A stretch of DNA of 37,103 nt from Toensbergia leucococca (lineage: Eukaryota): contig JALDZS010000215.1 in NCBI GenBank assembly GCA_022813965.1, positions 1 through 37,103 on the forward strand, given 5' to 3'. Position numbers and translations under genes: made by a program. Positions 11,543-23,708 of the stretch are shown here, piece by piece. The number at the start of each line of letters is the position of its first letter. Position 1 is the first letter of the stretch. A model generated the notes under the pieces. The model had not been told where the DNA came from and ran no database searches. It saw nothing but the letters and a program-made list of their open reading frames with translations.

Positions 11543-12791
11543 ATGGGCTCTACGCAATTTGGTGACTTTCACGTACGATCAAGACTCAGTCTCTGACCCT
11601 TCAAACCTATGCGCATACTGACATAGTCTACTCGCTCTTAGAATTTCTGCAAAGATGCCACGCTACCGGTCTGCAATGTGCGTAACTGATCTTGCCCATG
11701 CAATCACATCTATTACCCAGGGAAATAAATACACTGTTGTACTGATTCATCAACCTACAGCTATTCTCTGAGTCGCCAACACAAGGAGGCAAAGGTTATG
11801 GGGGCTGTTCATTGACAGGGATACCTCTCAGCAACAATAGAGATTTGGCCAATCTCGGTATGGGCATCTCGAATCAAGTCACATCCGAATGCTGACAGAC
11901 TCAAGGGTCAATACTGTTGTGCGGTATTGCTATTTTGATAACCGTCTTCCTCATAATAAGATCCGATCGAAAGCAGGCTGCAGTTGGGCGCAGGTATTCG
12001 CAAGAATTCAAATCGTATCCTGTCTGATGCTAAATCTGTCTAGGGAATTTCAGTTATTCCTGGTCGGCTATATCATTGTCGAAATATGTGAGATCTTCAC
12101 CGTCGGTGGCTTCCCCCTAGATCGTAAAGTCAGGCTCGTAAGCTATCCAGACCTGGAACCGCTGCGGATCTCTGCTTATGATTGGCCTAGGGATTTACAG
12201 CTGTACACTTGGGGGCAATAGTGGCAACTTTATGGGTATTACTCTTGAATGGAGTGGTTGGCTACCAATTACTAGACGATGGAACACCGTTATCTATTGG
12301 ACTTCTTCTCCTTTCAGCCATCGCATTGTTCATCGGTACTGGATACATAGCTCTGGACACAGCTTTTGGCTGGACAGGGCATTTCGCATCGAGTCTGAAC
12401 GGTTCAAACCGAAACATCGGCCTTTACGTACTGTACCAATTAGCGCCATTGATATTCCTGTTCCTGTTCTTTGTGCTAGAAACAATTCTTGTCCTAAGGG
12501 TGCTTGGGGAGAGAAAGCCAATGAGTTGGTCCACTTTCAAAGTACTAGCAGTGCGCAAGTACTAACGCGTAGGTAGTGTACCTCTTCGCAGCCGCACTGC
12601 TATTCGCTATCGGACAAATATTTCAATATGTCATTAGCAAGTATATCTGTACGGGAACACACGGCAAAATCGACGGTGCCTTGTTCGAAACGCTGTTCAC
12701 GTTGGCTTCGGTTGTTATGCTGTGGGTATTCTGGTCCAGTATCACGGAAGACGACTGGCCAATGCCTGTTGCTGGAGGCACCTACACCTAA
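11543..12791 (+). CDS. CHS7: Chitin synthase export chaperone Chs7-like membrane protein
   Basis: Multi-exon: MGSTQFGDFH/NFCKDATLPVCN/...RKQAAVGR/REFQLFLVGY...LLNGVVGYQLLDDGT...KIDGALFETLFTL..VWVFWSSITEDDW-like end; TAA 12789-12791. Confidence 0.88.
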
Positions 12792-13125
12792 TATTGACAG
12801 GGGATATCTTGAGCAGCATAATGATTGATGTTTAATTTAGCGCAATTGCTGGCATGGACATGTTGCATTTCTTATTGTGTTCAACTAATACGTCAGACTT
12901 TTCGTTCCTGCATTGCAGCTGGTGGTGGGAACAGTCTATGTTTAAAAGGAGCAGAGCGGAGCAATATACCCTTGATGTAAATAAGGACTTGGGAAGTGAA
13001 AGCAACAATACATATTTTAAGCACCTACCTACTGTACAGTAATTATGGCGCATGTAAGCTATTTAGTGTTCCTCATGCAAACCTTCGTACTCGTACTATT
13101 CTATAGCTGGCAATGATCCTTGAAA

Positions 13126-13137
13126 CCCTAACCCTAA
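13126..13137. repeat. Two interstitial telomere-type repeats (CCCTAA)2
   Basis: aaaCCCTAACCCTAA, about 350 nt upstream of SSL1. Confidence 0.4.
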
Positions 13138-13487
13138 ATCATGTTCTGAAGGGCACTATGCGAGTTTCATGTCGACTTCGCCTCGACACAAAACGCACAT
13201 GTGAGCTCACTCTCTCACTAATCTGGCTGATTGAATTGTTGTGTCTTGGAGGCCGAAATTAAAGCGCCACAAAGATTATAACCTGTGAAGCGGATCGGAA
13301 TGGGCAGAGCGTGTCCATCTGATCTTTCACATATCAGTGGAAAATCCATCTCCACAACTCGATAATTACCTAGTCACACCACTACATGGCCTACCATGAT
13401 ACCTAATCCTTCTCACCTGTGTATCTCCGATTCCCATGAAAACTTGTGTATTCCTTCTCAAAAGCATATACACACCTGCTCAATACC

Positions 13488-15058
13488 ATGGCCGAGTCGG
13501 ACGACGAGTACATACAAGACATATCCGATGATGAGTTAGACGCCCACCAGGTGACCCGGGGTGCCGCTGCCCCGGGAACAAAAGCATCCCGCCAGGGTCT
13601 GAGGAGAGGCCAGCAAGGATGGGAAGTCACTCGCACCTGGGAACATGTAGTGGAAGGAGCCGACGGAACTATCAACTCTACGGTTGAAGGCCTCCTCCAA
13701 GCGGGTAAGCGAAAGAGGTGAGGCGCCGAAGCTGTTAATGGGGACCATGTTTCCAAGCCCAAAACAAATGCTGACACTACCTTTCCTCAGACGCCTCGAG
13801 GACACGACGCCTATCCAACGCGGCATCTTTCGCCATCTGATCTTGCTCATCGACCTCTCATCCGCAATGACCGAGAAAGATTATCGTCCAACCCGCTATC
13901 TTCTGACTCTACGCTACGCCCAAGAATTCGTCACCGAGTTTTTCGAGCAGAATCCAATTTCCCAGTTAGGGGTAATAGGCATGCGCGATGGTCTTGCCGT
14001 TCGCGTCAGCGACATGAGTGGGAATCCAAGCGATCACATAGGCCGCCTGCAAGCGCTATTGAAGGAAGAACCAAAGGGACACCCAAGCTTGCAAAACGGC
14101 CTCGAGATGGCCAGGGGAGCTCTCTTGTCAGTAGCCTTGAGCCAACGCACGCTGAACCCATTTAAATATTGTTATAGCTGACCCCTTCTTCAGCGATGTC
14201 CCTAACCACGGCACGCGCGAAGTCCTCATTCTCTTCGGTTCCCTCCTCACCTCGGACCCAGGCGATATCTTCACCACCATCACCGCCCTCTGTACCTCGC
14301 ACATTACCTGCACCATCATCGGCCTCGCCGCCCAAGTCGCCATCTGCCGCACCATCGTTGCTCGCACAAATCCACATCTCTCCCCCTCAGAATCCTACAC
14401 CGTCCCCCTTTCCGAACCCCACTATCGAGACCTCCTGATGCGCGCCACCACCCCACCAGCAATGCACAACGGCCCCACCTCCCAACCCATCAAACCCACC
14501 CTCATCATGATGGGCTTCCCCTCCCGCATCCTCGAACCCGCCCCTAGTCTCTGTGCCTGCCACCGCCTGCCCACCCGCGGCGGCTACCTCTGCACAAGAT
14601 GCGGCACCAAGGTCTGCGATCTGGGCAAAGACTGCCCCGTCTGCAAACTCAAACTTGTCTCCAGCACCGAACTGGCACGCAGCTACCACCACCTCTTCCC
14701 TCTGCAAAATTGGACCGAAGTCCCCTGGCAGCGCGCCACTGCCGTTGACCAAAAGAATTGTTTCGCCTGCACGACCGAGTTCCCGCTCGATAAGGGCACT
14801 AGAAGGGATTCGATGGCAATGTCGGTAAGGAATGTGAGGGTTGGGGCAGGTAATGGCGTTAGCGAGAGTGGGAGATATGAGTGCGGGAACTGCGGGCGGC
14901 ATTTTTGCATCGATTGCGACGTTTTTGCTCATGAGGTTTTGCATAATTGTGCTGGGTGCTTGAGTTCGGAGGGGATGTTGGCGGCTAGAGAGGCGGAGCG
15001 GGGGGAGAATGGAGTGGAGGAGAACGGGGGATATGAGGAGGCTATGGACTTGGGGTAA
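13488..15058 (+). CDS. SSL1: TFIIH subunit Ssl1/p44
   Basis: DTTPIQRGIFRHLILLIDLS (vWA domain), FFEQNPISQLG, PSLQNGLEMA, HGTREVL, GYLCTRCGTKVC..CPVC, LARSYHHLFP, C-terminal C4C4 finger (CIDCDVFAHEVLHNCAGC); two introns. Confidence 0.96.
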
Positions 15059-15789
15059 TTTCAAGAGGGGGCGTTGGGTTTCTTGCGGTGTTTTTATTTT
15101 TATTTTTCCGTAGCGAGGTTTGGTTATGGATGTATTTGTAGCTTTGTTTTGCGACTTGGAGCGGCTGGTTTGGGGAAAGGTCCGGTCTTCAAATCTGCTG
15201 GATGGAAATTTTGGCGTCATGGGGGTGGGTTGGAGCTTTGAGGCTGAATTCAAATCTGTATATATACATGTTACACTGATTACAGGACGAAGTCTTCTGG
15301 CGCCGATGAGAACGTGGTATTCACTGCTGAGTAACACGATGGATTCGCTGCATGGAAGGATATCATAGTAGCTTGGTACATCAACCAATCACAGTTGTTC
15401 CATACTCGATGCTCCCTTTTCGCTGGACCTTACCTTGTTAACAAAGAAGGTTCGAGACAGACAAGAGCTACGGATACCCAGCATGGCGAGTTCTTCCCTC
15501 TCCGTCCTTTAACATCCCCCTCCTCTTTTTCCTCCTCCATGTCCTGTCCTTCCTCTATCCTCCTCATCCGCCTTCCCTCCTCCCCCATAAAAAGCCCACA
15601 CAATCATACCTCTCGTCCCCCCTTCCCTCTCTCGACTCTATCAAGAATTGCACAAACACAACAGCAATTTGTACATATCTTTTCTTAATCTCGCTTGCTT
15701 TCTTTTATTGAGAGAGAATTCCACAGCGTCATCGGTTGGTGAGGTTGTGTATTTGTGGGTGTAGGACATGGGAACACTTCCCAAGTGAG

Positions 15790-16315
15790 TGATGGAGATC
15801 ACTTCCCCAATCCGGCGTCCCTTACCTGTCATACCGATCTCAGTGAATTTGTGCTCCAACGGGAAATCCTTGCGGGCAAGCAAATTCTCGGATAGTCAAG
15901 CCCTGGCCGCTGGGAGATAGATTCTGCCGCCGCCTGTCGTGGTTGTGTATGTGGCTATCCTGTCTCTCAACTCAATGAGGACCTTGAGATGTATGGGCTC
16001 GGCCTATAGCTAGCCCTAACCCGCCCTTCGGGAATATGCGTAATCGCTTTGTTGATGATGGTCTAGGGCTGCAGGTCATTTCCAGCAGAGCATGCGAGCG
16101 CGTCTCCTTTTCATCAAATATGGTAAAGATTTCTTTACGATAATGACACTGGATGAGCGAGTTTTGGCGGAGGTACGACTAAGTGCAGAATCACCATGAA
16201 AGAATCATGAAGATACATTTCTGCTCTGCGGGAGCCCGTGGTCTGCCAGCTCGACACATTTTCACCAACCACAGAAACCCTAAGCGCAAAACATGTGAGC
16301 CAAAGTATGAAAGCC
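15790..16315 (-). pseudogene. rid: Relic of a RID/DmtA/Masc1-type C5-cytosine DNA methyltransferase (motifs VIII-X)
   Basis: Colinear fragments in shifting frames: LAHMFCA*GF..*KCVELADHGLPQSR / KCIFMILS (about 16310-16195), LQP*TIINKAITHIPEG (16074-16024), TTTGGG / QNLSPSGQGLTIREFACPQGFP / LEHKFTEIG..RRIGEVIS (about 15945-15794). Confidence 0.75.
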
Positions 16316-16685
16316 TGGGCAGGGTCAAAGCTGGATGAGGCATTGTTGGAAGCGGTGCGGATCTGAGCATTTGATGTTGCATGTAGCAAGGAATTGACTG
16401 GACTTGAATCTTGCGCTGTTGCGCAGGTACCTGTCGTTGGAAAATCCCTGGCCATAGTTGCTGGATAGCGCTTCTCAACTCCTTCTCTTATGACTCTTTT
16501 CGTGCGCACGTAACGCTCATACGTCTGACTCGGGTTGACTGGAAACTTCCGAACCTCGTCTTAGTTGCTCTGCCAGAGTAGTAAAGTCTTCTCCCACAAC
16601 AGTCGTGGAACGACCATTCTCGGAGTCTTCCATCAAGTCTTATTGATAAAAGGTTATGGGTCCTTACATCGACATCATTATATAC

Positions 16686-18458
16686 TCACATGACCGCCTG
16701 AATCACTCGACGTTTCAGATCTCTCAACTCTTCTTCCTTCTCCTGCAGCTTTCTTTTAAGCGTCAGCGCCCTTCGTTTCCAGTCCACGTCTTCGATCTCA
16801 TCACTGCCGTTTTCTTCCGGGCCTTCCCTAGAAGTGTCGTCAAGGTCTTTGAAGAAATCCGCAGAGGTGCGTCGTTCCTGCCCTAAAGCAAGCAAGGATG
16901 ACTGACGATTGCTTTCGCCATTGATGAGCACTCGCGGGGGAGTGGCGAGTCGCACAGGTCCTCCCAAATGCTGAGGGACTTGTAATTGTAGCTTCTTTGG
17001 ACCTTTAGCCAGTAGCTGCGGAGGTACTACGGGTTGTGGGGAAGGCGTCATAGTAAGTTGGCTATCTCTTGCAGCGTCTTCTACTAAATGGTCGTGACTG
17101 GGACTGGGGCTTAGTGCAAGATTTGGGGGATCGAGAACAGAATTCGGACCTGTTTTCGAGTGGGGGTTGACAGGAAATGTTGTGAAAGGTCCGTTTTGCG
17201 TCGATCGATTGCTCGGCGGCCTTCCTCTCAATTTTCCTGTCGCCGCATTGCTAGAGCCTGGCCAAGCAGCAGAAACAGCAGGTCCACGCCTCTTCCGAGA
17301 GCGTGCCGAAGCCGAAGTTCCCGAGTTTGTAGAAGGATGAGCAGACTGTGGCTCGTCGAATGACGGACTAAGTGAGCGAAGGTGCCTTGGAGTGATGGCA
17401 GATTGTGGATACGGGGTCAAAGGCGTATTTTCGTCATTCAACCGCCACCGAATTTGCTGGCCCGCAGGCTGAACAACTGGCTGGGGTGATGATCGTAGTC
17501 CTTCTGCAACAGTCGTCTTAGGTGCAATGGCAACATGGGATGTCCATGTATCCGGCTGACTAGACTGCGGGCTCCACGGAAGTGCGCTCCGTGGATAGGC
17601 TGAGTAGTCTTCTTCAAAGGTAGTAGAGGGTCTAATAGTGTCGGGGTCTTCGACGTGTACTCTTTTAGCTAAAACAGTGTTGTCGCTCTCAATGCCGTCG
17701 GCCTTTCTCCTACCACGCTTTGGCCGGAACTCCGGTAAGAGGGCACGTAAGGCCAAGTCATCTTCAGGTGGGATGCCATCTCGTACAGCGTCTGATAGTG
17801 ATTCCTCTTTTTTGGGCCTCTTGGTGTAGTATACATTGGAAACGCCAAGACAATACTGGAAAAAAGCATCGACATGGAAAGCATGAAGCCATCGCTACAT
17901 GTTGATCAGTCAAGGTAGTCATACATATAGCTAGTAGGACCTTGGGGCAGAAGGTGATGAAATAGTATTTGGAAGAATTGGGACAAATACTTTAAGTCTG
18001 ACAGCATATTGCTGTACTTTTTGTGTGCTCTGATTCTTGGCCGAATCCGGTGGGTCAACACCAAGTTCTATGACAAGCTGAGTCCAGGTCTTTATTTCCT
18101 TAGTCTCGAGTCTCTTGATCAAGCCAAATAGAGCAAAAGTGTCGAAGACTTTACCGTCACTTCTTGGGGGTGAACGTAAACCTTTCCTTAATTCGGCGGT
18201 ATCAGTTGAGGTGGGTATCATGGGATTGCAGTACAAGATGAAAGCGACATAAGCATCTTCCAAGGATTCGTCGGTGATGTCGGTTGAAGGTAAGATACGG
18301 TCAGGTGAGTCTTCGTGGCCGCCTTGTTCAGCCAACGAAGATATATTTGTCTGCATTTGGATGGCTTCCAAGTGAGAAGATGAAGATGAATGATTGCCAA
18401 GGCTAGGGTCAATTCGAGGTGAATGCAGGGAATGGTACGGTTCATAAACATCTTCCAT
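16686..18458 (-). CDS. abp2: ARS-binding protein 2 (Abp2) domain protein
   Basis: LEDAYVAFILYCNP..PPRSDGKVF..KTWTQLVIELGV..QSTQKVQQYAVRLK / RWLHAFHVDAFF, then DLALRALLPEFRPKRGRRK; one intron near 17.9-18.0 kb. Confidence 0.85.
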
Positions 18459-19238
18459 GGCTCAGTCGACTCCTTACAGCAAAGGCTGGAGGCTGGAGCA
18501 GAGTTCCAATGCGAATCATGTCAAGACTAGAGTAAGCCCAACTCTGGACTGACATTGCTCCATCCAGCCTGCCTATAACACATCCTATTTTCAATCATTC
18601 AGTACCGATGAATTAGGGCACACAATTAGTCTTGAATTACTTACGTTTGACGAAACTGATGGTAATTTGGGCCAATAAGTGAAGAATATTCCGCAAGAAG
18701 TAAAATTAAGGATATTCTAGCTACGGTGACCGAAGAGTTTGAGGGGTTCCCATCGAATCACGAGATGGGACTACGCCATTTCGGGCTGGTCGATTGGTTG
18801 ATTGACATATCGCACTGGTACGAGTACGAGTATGAGTACGGACAGCTCTCTGAATACTGTCATCATGTGACCATCTCGCTGAATTTCCAAGCCTCGTGTC
18901 TATACGGATACACAGAATCTGTACTTATACAAAGCCCACGTAAGAACCACATTCTTCGACAGTTTTAAGGAATTGATCGATTGAGCCCAAGAAGATAAAT
19001 GCATCAAACGCCTTGTAGTAAGACTTCAATGAATTGCTTTGATATCTGATATGTTTGACATTTGAGAAACTTATAAAGAGAACTGTCACTGAATGCATAG
19101 AGTCATGCCAAGAAAAGGTTCGTCAACATGTGAGAAACATATCGGCAGCTTCAGTGGCCAGAGCAAGTTTCTCAACCAGACTCCAGTCTATTGTTGAGCC
19201 TCATATTCTAGGCTTTCAAGTGTGAGAACCTTGTGCTA

Positions 19239-20413
19239 TCATTTGAGAGGTAGCTTAGCAGGGGCCTTGCGTCGAAATTGAATGCTCATATCATACAAGG
19301 CATCTTTGAAGGCAAATAGAAATGCCGCCGTAATGACGCTTTGGGTGACCTTTGGTCCGATCCCTGGAAAATAAAAATTTAGCAGTGAGATCATGCAATT
19401 AGATTAGGAAAACCATACCCCTGTAAAGGCCGGACCAGCCCTCTTCTCGTACGATCCTCCTCAAGCTCTGGATCATGTTATCTTGAGGGCCCCCTTTACT
19501 TGCTACGTGCATCCTGCTTTTAATAGTAATATATGGATATGTGATGCTCGTAGCCATCAACTTGCCAAAAGCGCCCAGGAAAAACGCATCTCGGGGCATC
19601 ACCCTCCTCCTCTTTTCAAGCACATCCTTTAGCTGTTCGAAAATTGTATATTGTAATATCGGATTAATCACCAGAACCAGAGCTGGCAGGACTCCGGCAA
19701 ATAAAGCAGTTGCTCCTTCCTCTTTGAGTAATGACCGTATCGTCGCAAATGTTGAAGGCTTCTTCCTAGGCTTGCTCTCGTGACCAGGGAGAACGTCATC
19801 TTTCAACTCTGTATGACGGGCCGTCATGCGAGTATTAACGACCCAGATAGGGTTAGTGATTAGTACTGTGGCACTGCCAGCGATTGCACCAGCTATCATA
19901 GATTCAATTGTGGTCAGTTTCTTAGATGCTCGACCAGCCTTGATGGCAGCCTCCTCGAATCCCGCTCGAGTCCACTCATACCCTACTCCGTGAGGACTGG
20001 TTAGTGCTTTTCACATTTCTCACATTTCTCATGCGTCCAAAAAGTCTTACAATAGTAATACACGAAATTGGTCACTGTTATACCAAATAATGCTGAGTCA
20101 AGGCCAGAGTAAAGCCCAGTTATGCCCTCCCTCCTTACAATGTGACGAATGGCGTCATAGGTTGACGTTTGTGCTCGTCTAGATTCTACTTGGGCTCGGG
20201 TGGAAAGTGTGATCAATGGATAACTCCATGACATGAGGTTAGCAGAGATTTCACACTTCAAATAGACAAAACAACACACGTTAAAGTCATGGACAGTAGT
20301 CCACCGCCTGCTCCAGCCAGTGCATGAGCGATGTTGTCTCCTTGCTGAGATGCAGATACAGCTGAAGTTGGTCCTTGGCTGGACTGGGGGGTGGTTCCCG
20401 ATGATTGAGACAT
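19239..20413 (-). CDS. PMP47: Peroxisomal membrane carrier PMP47/PMP34 (SLC25 family)
   Basis: DNIAHALAGAGGGLLSMTLTYPLITLSTRAQVES, TNPIWVVNTRM, VINPILQYTIFEQLK, TYPYITIKSRMH, GIGPKVTQSV; three introns; TGA 19239-19241. Confidence 0.88.
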
Positions 20414-21065
20414 GCCAGGCAAGTGAAGTTGGCCTGTACGGATGAGGGGGGAATTCTTGGACTCGCGTGGGTCAAGGGCCTATGGCTCGAGGATGGCGTG
20501 TGCAGAGGCTGGGTTGGTGGAAAGATCGGTCGAGGCAACGTGGAGCTTCAGTATTGCAAGATAATTCATTGATGTGTTACCTTGATCTTCTAAGACCGGT
20601 AATGGAGATGGTATTTGGATACTTTAACGTCACATGCGGGGAGACAGAGCCGAGGCTCGCTTTTTACTCGCGTATTTAATGTAACCCTAAGCCTTAAGGT
20701 GTAATAGGTACCCTCTGCGGGTATCTGTGAACGACAAAGGAACTACATGTATCAGCATTTATCATCAGGTATTCCAGATAAAGGATAACAATAGATATTG
20801 CATCGGTCAAAAAAGGATTATGCTTGAATTTAGGAGGTACACGTAGAACCTACCTACACTCAGTCGTCGTCTTCTTGAAGTAGAAGTAGAATAGCCAGAT
20901 AGCTAGCATGTCTTCATTTGAGTTGAGGTATCTACGTTCTCCCACTTCGTCCGATAATTGCCTAGCAAATACCCGCCCCACCTCCACTATTTTCCTAAAC
21001 CAAAACACCTCAAGATATGCACACCCCGGCGGAGACATGTTCCATACACTTACATCCACCCATCC

Positions 21066-23385
21066 TCAAAAATCTCTCAAGATCCCCACCATATCGTCCA
21101 ATCTCCCCAATTCCCCCAAGATCCTCTCCTCCTTCTCCCTCCATCCGGCCAAGGCCTCTCTCTCCTCCACTCCCAGGTATTCTTCCTCTTTCCCTACCAC
21201 ATCCGTCCTAGCCGCTTTATCAATCACAACTTGCACCTCTTCCCTCTCTACTCTTGCTCTTTGCAAACATCTCGCCATTGTCTGATACGTTTCCTCCAGC
21301 AACTTCTGCCTGCATCTCTCTTGATCAAAATACCACAAATAAATCGTTTTGGAGGGAGCACGGTTGGTGTCGCGGGGTATTTCTTGGAGCTCGAGATGCC
21401 CAGCTGAATGCATGGCAGTGAGGATAGAACGCATGACCTTTTGATTGATGAGGCCGATGTTCGTGAGTGTTTTCTCGTCAAGTTTGCCTTTCTCAAGGAG
21501 AATGCTAGTAAGGCGGGTAGCACCAGGGCCAAATCGCGAAGAGATAGTACGAGAAAGTGTGAGAGACAGAAGCTTCTGAGCAACAGCTCGGAACGGAACG
21601 GCCCACTGTTCCAGGCGGTATGGCGTACGGGAAATGCGATGGAGGAAGTGGTAGGGGTGTTCAGCAAGGAGGAGTAGGTGTTGACGGATTTTATCCTTGT
21701 GTGATCGGTGCTCATCTTCACCAATTCCGAGAGACTCATGTGTGCGGCTTTTTTTCTTGATCTTGATTTCATTGCTATTATCGGCATCACCGTTCCAAAA
21801 GTCCGAGTCCTCGTCAACCTCTGACATATTGTCAATGTCATTCATGTCTTCTTCTTCGCCTGTGCTAGCGTCACCATGCACCTTGACCTCATCGTCATCA
21901 GATGCGGTCTTTTTACGACGCTTCTTAGGATGATCAAAGTGTGCTGTATTGATCTTGCTGAGTTCGGCATAACCTATTGAATTGTCAAGGTCCACCGTAT
22001 CTTTGAGAGCCTCTACGATGTCATTCGTTGAGATCTTGGGCAGCGTATCGATGTCCTCGTCCTCGGGGACATTGGCAGACTTTCCTGCGTGTTCATTGCA
22101 ACGTAAAACTTTCGATTCTGCCTGCTTGAGTAGCTCTGCATAGACTTTAGAGGTACCGGCCCCAATACATTCTTCGACGAGCTCAACGAAGCGTCTGTTC
22201 CTCAAAATAACGGAGGATTTATCGTGATTAATTCGAAGGACAAGATTATCCTGCGCAATGTCAATCTACGCAGACTATGAAGGGGGTTCGTCTTGCCAGA
22301 AGACCAACATACGTCCAGGGAGGTGCTTCTAAGCTTTTCTGCTTGGTTTGAGTACCTGCGGCTCCCGTTGAGGACGTTGTGTGTAATGGTATCAAGCCGC
22401 GATCGCTTCTTGTCGCTGCTTAATCCCGAGTCATCCAGTTCGCCGAATCTCCTCTTCTTACCCTTCATATAGCTAAAATGATCCTCCGAGTCTAGCTTTG
22501 CGCCGTCCTTCCATGTTTCAAGCTTTTTCGCTACAGCCTGCTCGTATCTTGCTTTCTGGTCTGGTTTGAGTGCCCCTTGGAAACACGGAATTAGGCTCAG
22601 CTCCTTCTCTGCCTCGTTTCTATTGTCAGCGTTCGAGCGAAAGTGCGACTCATGTACCGGCGATATCAAGCCTGCCTGCAGAAGATCGTAAAGGACTGAA
22701 TGTAGATATTCAAGCGTTGGCCCCCGACTTTTAGACCCTCTACCTATATGCTTCGTCTTTAACCCATTCAATTGGGAACGGTTGTTGGATGGATGGGTGA
22801 TCTCTAGATGATCTTGTGGTTCATTTGCGTGAACCACTCCATATGCTTGCGCTAGGTCACCGACTCGGGTATGCCCAAGAAGCAAGAAGTTTGAGATGAC
22901 TCTACCAGCAAACTCCCCAAAATAATCTTCAGCGATCTTGATGAGCTTGCCGGACTGTATGAGTGAATATGCGCTTTCTAAATTTGCTTCATAATATGTA
23001 GAATCGTCTTCTGTAGATGTAAACCAAAGTGCAAGATGCTGTTGAATTAGGACAGTCAGGCTGTGCTTGAGCTGGCGAGAAGTGAGATAAGTATGATGAA
23101 GCAGGCTCGGGAAGGATAGGCGACCGTAGCAGAGTAAAACCTCGAAGACTCGCTGCTCTAGTCAGTCTTCGCAAATGTTTTGTCAGGATGAGGCACATGG
23201 TCCTGCGCTTTCTGTTCCAGCTCTGTACAAGTGTATTGCGTATTTGATTGCAGTCTGAAAACAGCTTACCGAAGTCAGCCCCCCATAAACATCATCGACC
23301 AGGAGAATGCACAATTCGTTGGCATGCTATAATAAATCAGCATCAATAGCGAAATTAGGCACCGGATGGAATGTACCTTGGACAT
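21066..23385 (-). CDS. RPC82: RNA polymerase III subunit RPC3/C82
   Basis: MSK/HANELCILLVDDVYGGLTS/RVFEVLLCYGRL..LIQQHL, and near the C-terminus KGKLDEKTL..LELQEIPRDTNRAPSKTIYLWYFD; three introns. Confidence 0.9.
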
Positions 23386-23708
23386 ATCTTAACATTCTAG
23401 AGAGTTAGCCACTTTCTCTAGAAGTACCACTGATGTCACCGTTGCTGATTCATTTGAAGTGTTGACTCAACCACTAGTTTACTTTTCATGTCTGACTCCA
23501 GTTTCTTATGGATCCCAATTCGATGGTGGGGTACGGATACGAGCCGCGATAATTCTATCGATTAGCCGCTCGTCTATCCGGCCAATACAAGCGCTGTTGC
23601 AACCAAACTTCGGTCTTGGTATCCGTACGGAAGACGAACTACGAATTCTACAGTCATCCATTGCGGTCCATCATCTTGATCTCCTGACTTTCCTTTCTGT
23701 TGGTCGCC

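Noticed and set aside
14387..15388. 333-aa antisense ORF
   Set aside because: Shadow of SSL1 caused by biased codon usage.
18819..18840. TACGAG hexamer repeated about 3.5 times
   Set aside because: Short microsatellite; no further structure.
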